A DNA stretch of 64,000 nt from Carcharhinus longimanus (Eukaryota): positions 28,598,692 to 28,662,691 of the forward strand of contig JASCQW010000139.1 in the NCBI GenBank assembly GCA_030264375.1, in the 5' to 3' direction. Positions 24,391 through 36,591 of the stretch are shown here, piece after piece. Numbering within the stretch: the first letter of the stretch is position 1; the number at the start of each line of letters is the position of its first letter. The translations under genes and the position numbers were made by a program. The notes beneath the pieces were generated by a model. That model did not search any database and was not told the origin of the DNA. It saw only the letters and a list, made by a program, of their open reading frames with translations.

Positions 24391-25804
24391 TAGCAACACT
24401 GCCCATACCAGCTCCTCCCCTCCAATTGGTGCCCCCACTGATCAACATCCTCTCTGTCGAGTTCCCCCTTACCCTCCTCCCCACGGAGATTCCCCCTACC
24501 TCGCAATCAGGCTCCACCCCTTCTTAGGCACCTCACCAGGCTCCACCCCTTCGAGCCCCACCCTCTAAGGCCCTGTCCCACTGGCATTGCCAGGGTGCCT
24601 GATAGGCACTTACAGGGTGTTCAGTGCGCAATGCCAGGGTACCAGGCTGGCTGTGCTCTGTTGGTGCTGACCCATGGGCACTGCCTGGCCCTTCTCCTGA
24701 CCATCCAGGGGGGCTTCAATGGCCTCCACACCCACCGAAGTCATCATGTCTGGTCCCTGTTGGTGAGGACCATCTGTGATGCTCACAGGTGAGGACCTTG
24801 ACCGGCGAGGGGGTTAGGATGGTAGCATCTGGGGCTCGTCAATGGCTTATTAATCATGATTTTAATATTGTAATTATTAAGGGTGCAACTCTGATTTTAC
24901 CAGCAAAATAATGGTGTCAAGATCCCAAGAAACCAAGCGCCCACACAATTTTCTGCCTCTCACCCTACCTTACTGGCTCACCACGCCGGTAGACCAGTAA
25001 GACCATACCCCATTGGCTCTGTTTCTTCCTCCACAGATGCTGCCTGGCCTGCCGGCATACCCACATCATGACTGCTGTGTATTTCCAGCACTTTCTATTT
25101 CTATTTCAGATTTCCATGCAATGTTTTGTTTTAATCTCATCATCCATTCACTTGACGTTGGTGGCATTTTGCTAAGGCTTAAACAGACTGCTGCATTTTT
25201 CTACAACCAAGAAATCATGACAAGCTGTAGCTGTGACATACAGTGGGATGTCGTGAAGTGGTGAAAAGCGCCAGACAAATGGGAGCTTTATCTTTAAAAT
25301 GTTGGCCTGACTTGTGGTTTCATCTTGAGTTGAAAAACACAGCGAACAAATTGGGAAGCAGAGCTGACAGTGCAGATTCCTACAGCTATGGTAATCCTAT
25401 ATTGATATATTCATCAGCAGTAACATTAGCAAGAGAAAAATAGAAGGATCCAATATTTTTAAGAATATGTGAAGAGAATCGTTAAAATAATAAAATCAAA
25501 ATAAAATACTTGGTCATCCAACATATGATCCAGATAAATTGTCAGTGTCAAATTAGGTACCAGCAGTTTTTTGAATCAATACATGTTTTGTTTCTTTGTT
25601 GATTTGCTTTAATTCAGGGTAGTAATCATTTAATGTTCCCAGTACAAAGCAATAATGAACACAGAAATCAATGCTGAAATGTATTATATCTGTGGTATAG
25701 GAATTAAGTAAAATTGGAGAAAATAAATAAAAGATATAATGTCAATAAAACATTTTAACAATGATGCAGAATGCAAATTGTGTGTATTGAATAGGCTATA
25801 TTTC

Positions 25805-26152
25805 TGGGAAATGATGGCCTAGTGTTATTATTGCTAGACTATTAATCCAGAAACTCAGCTATTGTCCTGGGGGCCTGGGTTCGAATCCTGCCATTGCAGA
25901 TGGTGGATTATGAATTCAATAACCTGGAAACAAGGACCTACTGATGATCATGAAACCATTGCTGATTGTCGTAAAAACCCATCTGGTTCACTAATGTCCT
26001 TTAGGGAAGGCAATGCCGTCCTTACCTGGCTTACATGTGACTCCAGAGCCACAGCAAGTGGTTAACCCTCCACTAACCTTGGGCAACCAAGGACGGGCAA
26101 TAAATGCCAGCCAGCCAGCGATGCCCAAGTCCCACGAATGGATAAAAAAAAA
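25805..26152 (+). mobile_element. tRNA-derived SINE (family of 4126-4478)
   Basis: B-box gggttcgaatcc, shared core, tail gggcaataaatgccagcc..cccacgaatggataaaaaaa. Confidence 0.85.
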
Positions 26153-26725
26153 TTGTTCCCACGGAGTAAAATGAAGTGAAAACCCATAAAGCATTGAAAT
26201 TATTGAATGGTGTGTGATTGCCCCTTTTTAGCATTAATCTACAGAGGATGGGTCACATGACCACAGGAAACCAACTAGGGATTAGGTGGGTGATCACTCT
26301 GGTAAACCTGGGCTTCTGTACTCAGTCATCTCAGGAGCTGATTGCAGCCACAAAGCTACAAGTCCCTATATAGTTTTAACCTGTAAATAAATAAGTTGTG
26401 TCTTCCCTACACTGATGAACGAGCAACTTCACAAATGGCTTTTTCATTTTAGAAGAATATTTCCCCATCCTAACAGAATTGTGATTTTTGGACAGCATTA
26501 CCCAACCTCTGTACTTCCAATGGGAGGAGGAGGATTTGGATACTGTAGATTAATTCCAACAAACCAATCATTTATCGAGGGAGGGATTCTTCGGACTTCT
26601 CATGGTTGGGGGTGGGGCTGCAGAGAGCCATTCAAAACCCAATTGACTTTGGTGAGACTGTAAAGTCCCACTGGGACAAAATTCCACCGTTAAATTCCAT
26701 TCAGTTATATAGTGAAAGTCATTAC

Positions 26726-26851
26726 GGGCAGGATATTCCGGTCATGCTCGCTCCAAGATGGGAAAATGCTGCCTCAGGTCAACAGACCTTTGCATGGTTT
26801 TGTCCCACCCGCTCCGATTCCCATGGTGGATGGGATGGGAAAATTCTGCCC
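26726..26851. mobile_element. ~125-bp MITE (Harbinger-like TIR GGGCAGGAT/AATTCTGCCC)
   Basis: Inverted ends gggcaggatattcc / ggaaaattctgccc; homologous copies at 13690-13783, 29749-29878, 40870-41025 and 62342-62469. Confidence 0.7.
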
Positions 26852-28929
26852 GATGACTCAGTGTACAAAAACCAAGAAAAAGTACTTTGTCTTTCTACTG
26901 GACTCATTCATCAATTAGGCAAATGTAGTGTTCAGTTAACATTTACACTCCAAGGAAATTACGGCTCTAAGTGCCATCCAATACTAAATTTAAAATAGAG
27001 TGTGATGTACAATATGACTGCTGTACTCCTAAGGTATGCTGTTTGAAATTTTGAACCCGTCAGTTAGAAATTTTCTAATCAATAATTTTTCATTTGGGCC
27101 CGGCATTGCAGCGATTAAATTACTTCCTTATATCTTTGGAAGATGATATCCAAATGTAGGTCGTTCCCTGTTAGGTGTTGACTGTAATTCAGTGGTTGCA
27201 CTGCTCCACCCAAGTCAGAGGTCATGGGTTCAAGACTCCAGAGACTTGAGTACATCATCTGAGCGATTGTTTTTTTTAAGGTCCCATCTGTTTTCTCAGC
27301 TTGGTTGTTAAAGAAAATGGTATTTTTTGAAGAGCTGGAAGTTTCCCCGGTCTCCTGAACGCTATTAATCATTCAACAAACTTGACTGAAACTAAAGGCT
27401 GAATCTTCCATTTGGGAGTTTGAGTTGGAAAGCGGGAGCAGAAGTGAGGGCGATTTCTGCTCGGGGGTGGGAAGGCTGGCCATCTCCAGCTGGTTTACAT
27501 TCCTATCAGTGTGTAAAGTGTACGGCAAATCTTACAATGGGATGGGCCAGACGCCACTCTGAAGTGGGGTCAGACAGACTTGAAGCATTCATTCTGTTTC
27601 TCTCTCCACAGATGCTACCAGACCTGCTGAGTTTTTATTGCATTTTCTGTTTTTATTTCAGATTTGACAGTACCCTTTTATTTCAGATTTACAGTATCTG
27701 CAGAATTTTGCTTTCATTATTTAACTATTCTCATGTGCCTAGTCTTAATAAATAAACCCACAGTACATTTACCCAATCCTTTGAGTGATTGGTGCCTTGT
27801 GTCTTAGACAACAAATAAGCTCAAGGATTTATATCACTGTAAGAACACAGCACCACATGCCTCATTATTAGCTATGACCATCTACTCAAGACTCCTGAGG
27901 TTTTAAACTGGCACATTGTTATTGCCCCCAACCCCAGGTCCCCTGCCCTTATCTCTCTCCTCCAACCCTCCGTCCATTTCCACCTTCCCCAATATATTGG
28001 CCAACTGAATTGCCCTTCAGCACAGATTTTACTGAAACTTGGACATTTACTGGAATTGCAGTGTTATGAAACCCATGAGTCAGGGAGAAAACCTAGTCCA
28101 GTGTGGGCTACCATAGGAAGGAGAACACACCTGTGCATTGTTCTCATGCAGTTTACTCATAATTAATAGAGTGTCGCTTTGGTCAGTAATTGGGTTCACC
28201 TTTAGCTTCACTGCCCAAAATTATCCTCTAAGGATTTGTGTCAATTTCCTTATCTCTCGACTTTGAAATTATAATTTCTATAACTCATTGCTTTCTCTAG
28301 TCACATACATAAAATACTTGTTTTTCACTGTTGGACTAATTTGCATCTTATCATTTCTCCAACCATCTGCCTCTAATGAAGTCCCTGTTTTGCTTTGTTT
28401 TCTTTTCAAATCTTAACCTTCCTCAATTATAATACAAGCACAAAGAGATGGTAAATGATGACCAGCTTATGTCTCAAAATCACTCAGGAAGACAGGAAAA
28501 AGATATAGTACAATTGAGAAAGGAGGATTGACAACAACATGGGTGTGCAAGAAGTTCTCAGACTATGTGATGGGACTGTAGTTTAAAATTCAAACACACC
28601 ATAAGCCATTCGTCACTCTTGTGAACATGAAGGAGATTGAAAAGGTTCTGCCTCATATTCAACATTTCAGTCTGAACCTAATGATGAATGATTCAGTGAC
28701 TGAGTAGGTTCAAGGGAAGTATGGGGTAACAGCATTGAAAAGCAGCCAAATAAAAGGATTTGAATTTCATTGAGGAGGTGAGAATGCATCTAAAAATAAT
28801 TGCCAAACACCTACTGGCTACTGCAAAAAAAAAAGCTGTAGGAGATAAAACAAGCACAACAACAAGATCATGAATGTGTTCAGAAAAAGGAATTCTGTCT
28901 GGAAAGATGGCCAGACTATATTCTTACCA

Positions 28930-29700
28930 ACCCAGTAAAAATAGAGAAAGCACCTCACAACCATTGATGATCTCTTATTTTTAATGGCAGAATATTCACT
29001 CTTAGAACATATTAGTTTGATATTTTCCAAAAAATTCATCAAAGTCACTTGGGAATAGCAAACGTTGAGCAAGAGCCCAGCAATGGTCTGGTGGCCAGAT
29101 ATTACCCGTTTTATTGAAGAACTAATTTTGAATTGCCTTATATGTGCAGCGATCAGCCAAGAGCAAAGAGAACCTCTGATACCCTTCACTTTTTCATCAA
29201 GGCCATGGCAGTGCTTGGGAATGGATTTATATGATTTTAAAGGCAAGATATTTCTTACTGTCACTTATTACTACTCCAGATGGATTGATGTGATCAAATT
29301 TTATAACATTATGATGGAAGCAGGCATTTATTCATTCATTCTCTGAAAAGTAGCTACAAAATACACAGCATCCCAGATCTTGTAGTATCAGACAATGGAC
29401 CATAATTTACTAATGAATTATTTTGCAACTTTGAGAAAGGAATAGGGATCCATTCACTTATCCAGCTCACCATCTCAAGCAAATGGAGAAGCTGAGAGAA
29501 ATGCTCAAACCAAAGATTTGAAGAATGAAGTTCTTCACATAGCCCTTCTTAGTTATTAGACCTCAGCGCGACAAAATGGATTCTCACCATGAGGCTTGTT
29601 CATGGGAAGATGACTGTGAACACAATCTTCAGTGCTGCAATAAAAACTAGAATAAAATACTATCTTGAATGACCATGAGAGAATTGAAAAGCGTGAGGAG
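28930..29700 (+). pseudogene. Ty3/Gypsy integrase relic
   Basis: KIHQSHLGI..VWWPDITRFIEELILNCLICA (HHCC zinc finger), REPLIP..SRPWQCLGMDLYDFKGKIFLTVTYYYSRW, SDNGP, SQANGEAER; frameshifted. Confidence 0.9.
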
Positions 29701-30059
29701 AAACAAACACAAAAATGGCTCATAACTTCAACTTCAGGTGCAGACCATGGGCAAAAAAAAACTTTCCCATCCAGCTCACCACAGGAATTGTATCAAGTGG
29801 GGTCAAGACCATGCAAAGGTCTGTTGACCTCAGGTGGGATTTTCCAGTCTTGGGCCAACAACTGGAAAATCTTGTCCCATGAGTTTTATTGGTACTGCAT
29901 CCCAGGGAGAGAGTATGGATATCAGACCAACAGTAAGGTGGCATAATAATAGAAAGATCTCTACAACCAATTCAATTCAGTCCACGTGATATCAAGAAAC
30001 AGCTGAAGGCACCGGATACTGCAAATGTTATGTATCTTGACAATATTTCAATCGTACTG

Positions 30060-31760
30060 GAAAGACTTGTCCTACTGAACTAGCTGAGTCAAGCTGGTCT
30101 AGAATAATTACAACACGGGCAACTACTGAGGAAAATGGCTCAGGTACATTCTATCCACAAAAAGCAGAACAAATCCAAGCTGGACAATTACAGCTCATTC
30201 GTCCACCCTCGATCATCAGCAAAGCAACAAGAGTATGTGGGAAACTGTCCATTAACTGGAGTCATACCTGGCACAAAAGAAGATGTGGTTGTTGAATGTC
30301 AATCATCTCAGCTCCAGGACATCACTGCAGGAGTTCCTCAGGGTAGGGTCCTAGACCCAATCACCTCACCTGCTTTATCAATGATCTTCCTTCCATCGTA
30401 AGGTCAGAAGTAGAGACATCTGCTGATGATTGAACAATATCCAGCACCATTTGTGACTGCTCAGATATTGAAATAGTCCATGTCCATTGGCAGCAAGATC
30501 TAGATAATATCCAGGCTTCGATTTATAAATGGCAAGTAACACTCATGAAATGCAATATCAGACAATGATCATCTCCAGCAAGACAGAATTTAATCATTGC
30601 CCCTTGACATTCAATGTTAACACATTGCTAAATTCTCCACTATTATCACCCTGGGGATTAATATTAACCAGAAGTTGAACTGGACTAGTCAGATAAATAT
30701 TGTGGCTTCAAGAGCAGGTCAGAGGCTGTGAGTTCTGTGGCAATTTACCTCCTGACTTCCCAAAGCCTGTCTACCACCTACAAGGCACAAATCTGGAAAA
30801 TGATGGAATACTCCCCGTCTATCTGGATGCATGAACTCTAACAACACTTGAGAAACTCAACAACATCTAGGACAAAGCAGCCCACTTGACTGGTAACCAT
30901 TGCACCACCTTCAACATTCATTCCCTCCACCACCGACGCACATTGACAGTAGTGTGTATCGTCTACAAGATGCACTGCAGGAACTCAACAAGTCTCCTTC
31001 AGCAGCATTTTCCAAACTCATGATCTCTACCACCTAGAAGCACAAGGGCAGTAGATACATGGGGACACCACCGCCTGCAAGTTCTTCTAATACCAGGAAT
31101 GGGCAAGTTGCCTTTCGAGAGAATGTTGGAGGGTTAGGTTTTTATCCATTTGAGGTTAGAAGAGTAAGAGGCAACTTGATTAGAACCTTTAAGATCCTGA
31201 AGGGTATTAACAGGGTGGATGTGAAGATGCTTCCTCTTGTCGGAGAATCTAGGATGAGCGGGTTTAAACATAAGGGGCCACTCATTTAAGTGGCGATGAG
31301 AAGAATTATTTTTTCTCAGAGGGTTGAGAGTCTCTGGAACTCTCTTCCGGAAAAGGCAGTGGCAGTGAATAGGTTTAAAGGTATAGCTAGATAGATTCTT
31401 GATGGAGTTGAAAGATTATTGGGGGAAGCAGGAATGTGGGGTTCAAGTTACAAACAAATCAGCCATGATCTTACTGAATGGCAGAGAAGACTTAAGGGGC
31501 GGAATGGCCCACGTCTGTTCTTAATTTGTCTGTTCATACGTCCTCCAGATCACACTGCAGCCAAACTATATCGCTGTCCTTTGCGGTTGCCGGGTCAAAG
31601 TCCTGGAACTTCCTCCCTAACAGCACTGTACATACACCACATTGACTGTAGTAGCTCAAGGAGGCGACTCACTACCAGCTTCTCAAGGGCAATTACGGAT
31701 GGGCAAGAAACGCTGGCTAGGCTAGCAGCGCCAACATCCTGTGAAATAAACATGGAAAAA
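30060..31760 (+). mobile_element. CR1-clade LINE RT/3' end, interrupted by an HER1-type CR1 3' fragment at ~31110-31545
   Basis: AQVHSIHKKQNKSKLDNY, DITAGVPQGRVLDP and SADD motifs; 3' end gggcaattacggatgggcaagaaacgctggc. Confidence 0.85.
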
Positions 31761-31764
31761 TATG

Positions 31765-32326
31765 AGATCTTGCAGGAGTGAGATCGGCCAAAGAGATATA
31801 AAAAAGAGAGCGCAGCAGTTTAATATCTTTGGAAAGAAAGCTATTAGAAACTTCGGCTTGTTTTCCGATCCAGACAAGATAGGGAACAAGGAACAAAGAT
31901 CTTCAGCCCACCAGGATAAGGACACTCATTCCAAACAAAGAAAGAGTGCAGAATGCCCTGGACTTTAGAAAGAGATCAGAACAAGATCCATAGGATTGAT
32001 CAAGGCACCTCACAGACAAACTCTTTGAAGTCTGAGACTTTGAGGAGAGGTGTAGAAGAATGTATATAATTGGGATAAAGCCTTGGCGGAGGAGATGTAA
32101 AGGTTTAACATCAGAAGCATCTGATGCTGATGTAAAGATACATGACTTTGTCACAAGAATAGGGAGGGAGAAGTCCAACCTCATATAGAGTTCCTAAGAT
32201 ATACATAGAACTGTAAATAGATAATGTTTTTTAACAAATACAGCCCAGAGTGTCTACTTAGAGAAAGCAGACAAACTGATGAATCTCTTCTCTACCGTAA
32301 ACACGCAATAAAATAGTGCCTTCACA
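31765..32326 (+). mobile_element. Possible solo LTR
   Basis: Purine-rich segment with TATATAA (~32062), AATAAA (32307) and a ..ccttcaCA end; single copy here. Confidence 0.3.
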
Positions 32327-32339
32327 GCCTAAGCCCAAT

Positions 32340-32550
32340 GTTCCTAAATTCCCGCCTATACTACTCTGTCTCTCACCCTCCCTCTTGCTTAAAAGGTAGA
32401 TCTTAAAATCTGCCTCTTTGATCAAGGTGTCGATTATCTATGCTGACTCTTTACATGGGTCTGTGTCAAGTATTGTTTATTAATGCTCTTGTACAATATT
32501 TTGAGATGTTTTACAATGTTAAAGGGATAAATGCAAATTTTTGTTCTTGC
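32340..32550 (+). mobile_element. L2-like LINE 3' end
   Basis: tcttaaaatctgcctctttgatcaag..gatgttttacaatgttaaagggataaatgcaa tail. Confidence 0.55.
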
Positions 32551-32672
32551 TCTGAAGTGATGAAATTCACTATATAGACAGAAGTTATCTTAATACACAT
32601 TGGAGAGAAGGAAAGGTTGAGCAAGGAGTCAGTGTTACATTTCTCAGCTTTCAGCAATGAATTCTCATTTTA

Positions 32673-33416
32673 CAGGTCAAGTATCTGTTATCTGAAGCCC
32701 TTGGGACTGATTGCATTTTGGATTTTTAGACAATTTAGTTTTTTGGATACTGCACACAGGCCTAGGCCTACTAACAGTGGACAAAGTCAAGGCCAGCTAC
32801 TGTCTAAAAGTAAGTAAAATGGCTAGAAAGTTCTGATATACCGCTGAAAAATAAATATAGAGTACCTATAATAAGTTCCCACCTCTGGTGCAATCTATGA
32901 TGCTGCTTATAGAAGAGGGTTTACAAGGTCAACAGTTTAGACAAGCAACTAGACTTTCCAGTCTAAAAGTTGAAGAGGTTTGTACTGACTCAGCTCACGT
33001 TAGCTCGAGTCAGAGACTTGCCACACTAAAGATCAGGTGCAGTTGGTAAGGTCCATGTCAGCTCAGGTTGTGTTGGTAAGGGTCACTAATAAGTCTGAGA
33101 CAAAAAGTCCCTTCATCAAGACCCCTTTAATTTACAATTCCAACAGTAGTACATAGAGTGCTATCAGTCAGCAGTCTACTTTAAGGAGTGCCAGAGGAAC
33201 TGACACCCCCTGTTAAATATGAGGGAAAGACTCCCTGATTGGCCCATCAATTGACTCCTTAAATCGGAGTTCATATTCCAAAAGGACAACCTCAATGGCC
33301 TGATTGAAGTCATTAAAGTCACAGATCCCTGCACTAAAGATTGATGACAATAAAGAAAAAGTGTTTTTTTGGACGTGATCAGTTTTCATATTTACAGGTA
33401 AAGATTAGTCAACCTG
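32673..33416. mobile_element. Tc1/mariner Pogo-type (Tigger4/MER46-like) non-autonomous DNA transposon
   Basis: TA|CAGGTCAAGTATCTGTTATCTGAAGCCCTTGGGAC ... GATTAGTCAACCTG|TA; TA target duplication on both sides. Confidence 0.7.
33087..33316 (-). mobile_element. Solo-LTR-like element nested in the Tigger-like element
   Basis: Reverse complement aligns over its length with 58424-58659. Confidence 0.7.
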
Positions 33417-34554
33417 TATCATTAAATCTGATAAATAAACCTAAGCATTGACCAACCCAATTTCCATATATTAGCCATCATGGACTGGTGTAATTTTAAC
33501 ACTTCTGCAGCTATGGACGGGTGTCTATCTTCTTGTATTCTAACACTATCTTATTGCTTTTAATTTAGCAGAGCTATTTTCTCTGGACTAAATTAAGGAA
33601 GAGTACCCTGATGCTGATTACATAACTTTCCAATTAAATATAATGACTGAGCTGTGAGTCAAGGGTACCTTGAAGCAAATTATCAAAAGCTAATTGGTGC
33701 CATCTAAGTCTAACTGTAGTTGCATATAGATTTGCAGTTTTAATATTCTACATGTATCAATTGATAGTGTACAGTTCAGCAGCTGCACGTTGCAGATTGG
33801 TGTGATGTTCAGATTCAGATACCCAACGCGTGTCAAAATATCTGTCAGAGTTGCTTCCAGTAATGAGAGCCTGGGTACGTGCTTCTTTGTGTTGCCTCAG
33901 AGCTCTGATCTCCTTTCGGTTCAAGCCTGGGTATGTGTTGTGAATCAGGCTCATTAAGGGGCTAAAACATTGCAGCAAACTTTCAATGCGTCTCGAGCAC
34001 CTGAACTGTACTCCAGGTGCTTTGTGCCTCAATAAAACAAGTGTTTAGAAGGAGGCTTCATTTTTTTGTGTGTGTTGGACATTAGTGTTTGCTGTATTTG
34101 GACACTTTTTATCTACTTCAGTATGCATTTGTTTAGCTATTTTGCTACTTTTTGTAACTGTCCAGCTTCATTGCTGCATTACCATGCTGATTTCTTGATG
34201 GAGGCCCACTCTGAACAAATAAGATCACCTCCGTCACATTTTCAGTGCACACTGATTGTTTTTAGCATAACCCATGAGGCCTTATTTGTTTCTTTGAAAT
34301 GTTACCAGCAGCAGTAAAGAGGCCTTTCACGTATCAGGATTCCCCAAAGCTTAGATACATCCCACCCCTTGGTAGCCCACGGAGTGTTGTAGTACAATTC
34401 AACCAGGACATCAAAGATTCCTGCTGAGTCCCACATGATGGAGATCAGCCTGATTTCCAGTGCTACCACCAAGATTCAAGATAGCAGCTCTTTTTCAGTG
34501 AAACAATTTAATAAGTGGAATCTCACAGCAGCAAACCTTAAAAGATTTTTATGT

Positions 34555-34833
34555 TAAGGTTCAGTTCCAGCCTCAGGTGACTGCCTATGTGGAGTTTGTA
34601 CGTTCTCCCCGTGTCTGCGTGGGTTTCCTCAGGATACTCCAGTTTTCTCCCACAGTCCAAAACTTGCAGGTTAGATTGATTAGCCATGCTAAATTGCTCC
34701 TTAGTGTCAGGCGGACTAGCAGGGTAAATACATGGGGTCAAGGGGATACGACCTGGCTGGGGTTGTTGTCAGTGCAGGCTGGATAAGCTGAAAGGCCTCC
34801 TTCCACACTGTAGGGATTCTATTCTTCTTCTAT
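34555..34833 (+). mobile_element. 5'-truncated HE1 SINE
   Basis: Core gtggagtttgtacgttctccccgtgtctgcgtgggtttcctc and HER1-type tail. Confidence 0.85.
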
Positions 34834-35785
34834 GAAATCTTCTGTAACTTATTTTCTTCCCAAGCACCAGATAGTGATAGTACTTTGTTCCCAAATTATT
34901 TCATGTTGAGATTCCATTTCAGAGAATCCGATTGCCTTCTCCATAAACTCTAAGCTCCTTCATTTGCGTGCGGAGGCAGATGGTGCGACAACGTGCCTGT
35001 GCCTTGGCAGATAACAAGAGGGCACAGACTGCTGGCAGTTCGACAATGGCTTGGCCAACATATCGTATGGTGTTTTCATAGGCAAACTGGGAAACTGATT
35101 AAAAAATACACATCAATGCATATAAACGTTGGTTATTAAATTTTTTTTTGAAACATTCAGAATGATTTATATTTCTGTTGTAGGAAAGGCCGTAAAATCT
35201 TTGATAAAAAAATTCCATTAGTCCTTTCGTCCTCTTAACAGTGCAGCTGCGTTTATATAGGCAGTAAATGAGCGATCTGCAGCTAGCAAAAAAAAAAGAA
35301 TTAAACTGTGCAGTACATCTGGGAATTACCATGAGCCAATGTTGTTCATGCAAATTTAATGAGTTTTTATTACAGATCTGAAATCCAGTTTCCTTCACGG
35401 TGTTTATATGGTTATTAAATTTGCTACATGATGTTTTGGCAACATTCCTGACCCAGATTGTTAGGGATTTAGTCACAATCTTGGCAAGCCTGCAACATGC
35501 CAGCTTTGGGCACACTGCAATCATACTTTCCCATCCATCTTCCTCTGAATTATTTTCTGACCACTTTCGGTGGCGCATTCTGAAACCACAATGTGTCGTG
35601 TGTTTATCGGTGTTTCATTAAGTTCACTCAAGTGATTGATGCCAATTTATCTAAGGGATGGGTTTAAATTAAAATGGTCTAATTTAAAGAAGATGGATAA
35701 ATCAAGGCCCAGAAATCCACATGAAAGCATTTTCAAGTTGTAAGGGTGCACTGGGGCACTGGGACAGGCCTGCCTGTGCTCTATA

Positions 35786-36315
35786 ACAATCTCTCTGCAT
35801 ATAGTGCAACTCTATTTACGTCCCACAACAGTCTCTCTGGATGCAGTCTGTGCCCCACAACAATCTCCCGGTGAGCAATAAAACCCTATCTGTGCCACAC
35901 AGTCTCTCTGGACACAGTGCAACTCTGTGCCCCACAGCAATCTCTCTGGGTACAGTACAACCCTGTCTGTGCCCCTCAACAGTCTGAGTACAGTGCAACT
36001 CTGTGCCCCACAACAGTCACTCTGGATACAGTGCAAGCCTATTTGTGGCCCACAACAGTCTCTCCGGATATAGTACAACACTGTGCCCCGCAACAGCCTC
36101 TCCTGGTACGGTAGAACCTTGTCTGTGGCTCACAAAAGTCTCTCCAGATACAGTGCAACACTCTTTGCCCCATAACAGTCTCCCCTGGTATGGTACAACC
36201 CTGTCTATGCCCCGCGCCAGTCTCTCCGTGTACATCAGCCCTGTTTATGGCCCACCATTGCCTCGTCTGTTACAGTGCAACCCTGCCTGTGTCCCAAACA
36301 GTCTCTCTGTGCACT
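35786..36315. repeat. Degenerate minisatellite, ~13-14 units of ~38-42 bp
   Basis: Repeated acagtctctctggatacagtgcaac(cctgt)ctgtgccccaca. Confidence 0.9.
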
Positions 36316-36591
36316 GCCTTCTGTCTTCACAAAGGAGGACACAAATAATGTGTCAGAAATGTTGGGGAACACAAGGTTTAGTGAGAGGGAGGAACTGAAG
36401 GAAATCTGTATTAATAGGGAAAAGGTGTTGGGAAAATTGATGGAATTGAAACCCCTAGGGCCTGATAATCTATATCCCAGTGTTCTTAAGGCAGTGCCCC
36501 AAGAAATAGTGGAATATTGGTGATCATCTTCCAAGATCCTCTAGACTCTGGAACAGTTCCTACAGAGAGGGAAGCTAATCTAACCCCACTA
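36316..36591 (+). mobile_element. HER1-type CR1 ORF2 fragment (upstream of RT)
   Basis: SVFTKEDTNNVSEMLG..REKVLGKLMELK.PGPDNLYPSVLK..IIFQDPLDSGTVP..ANLTPL. Confidence 0.9.

Noticed and set aside
35099-35578. 159-aa minus-strand ORF
   Set aside because: AT-rich with homopolymer runs and no recognisable protein or splice pair; better explained as non-coding.
35786-36315. Regular repeat array resembling CRISPR, and its ORFs
   Set aside because: Units are contiguous and degenerate with no unique spacers; eukaryotic context with no cas genes.
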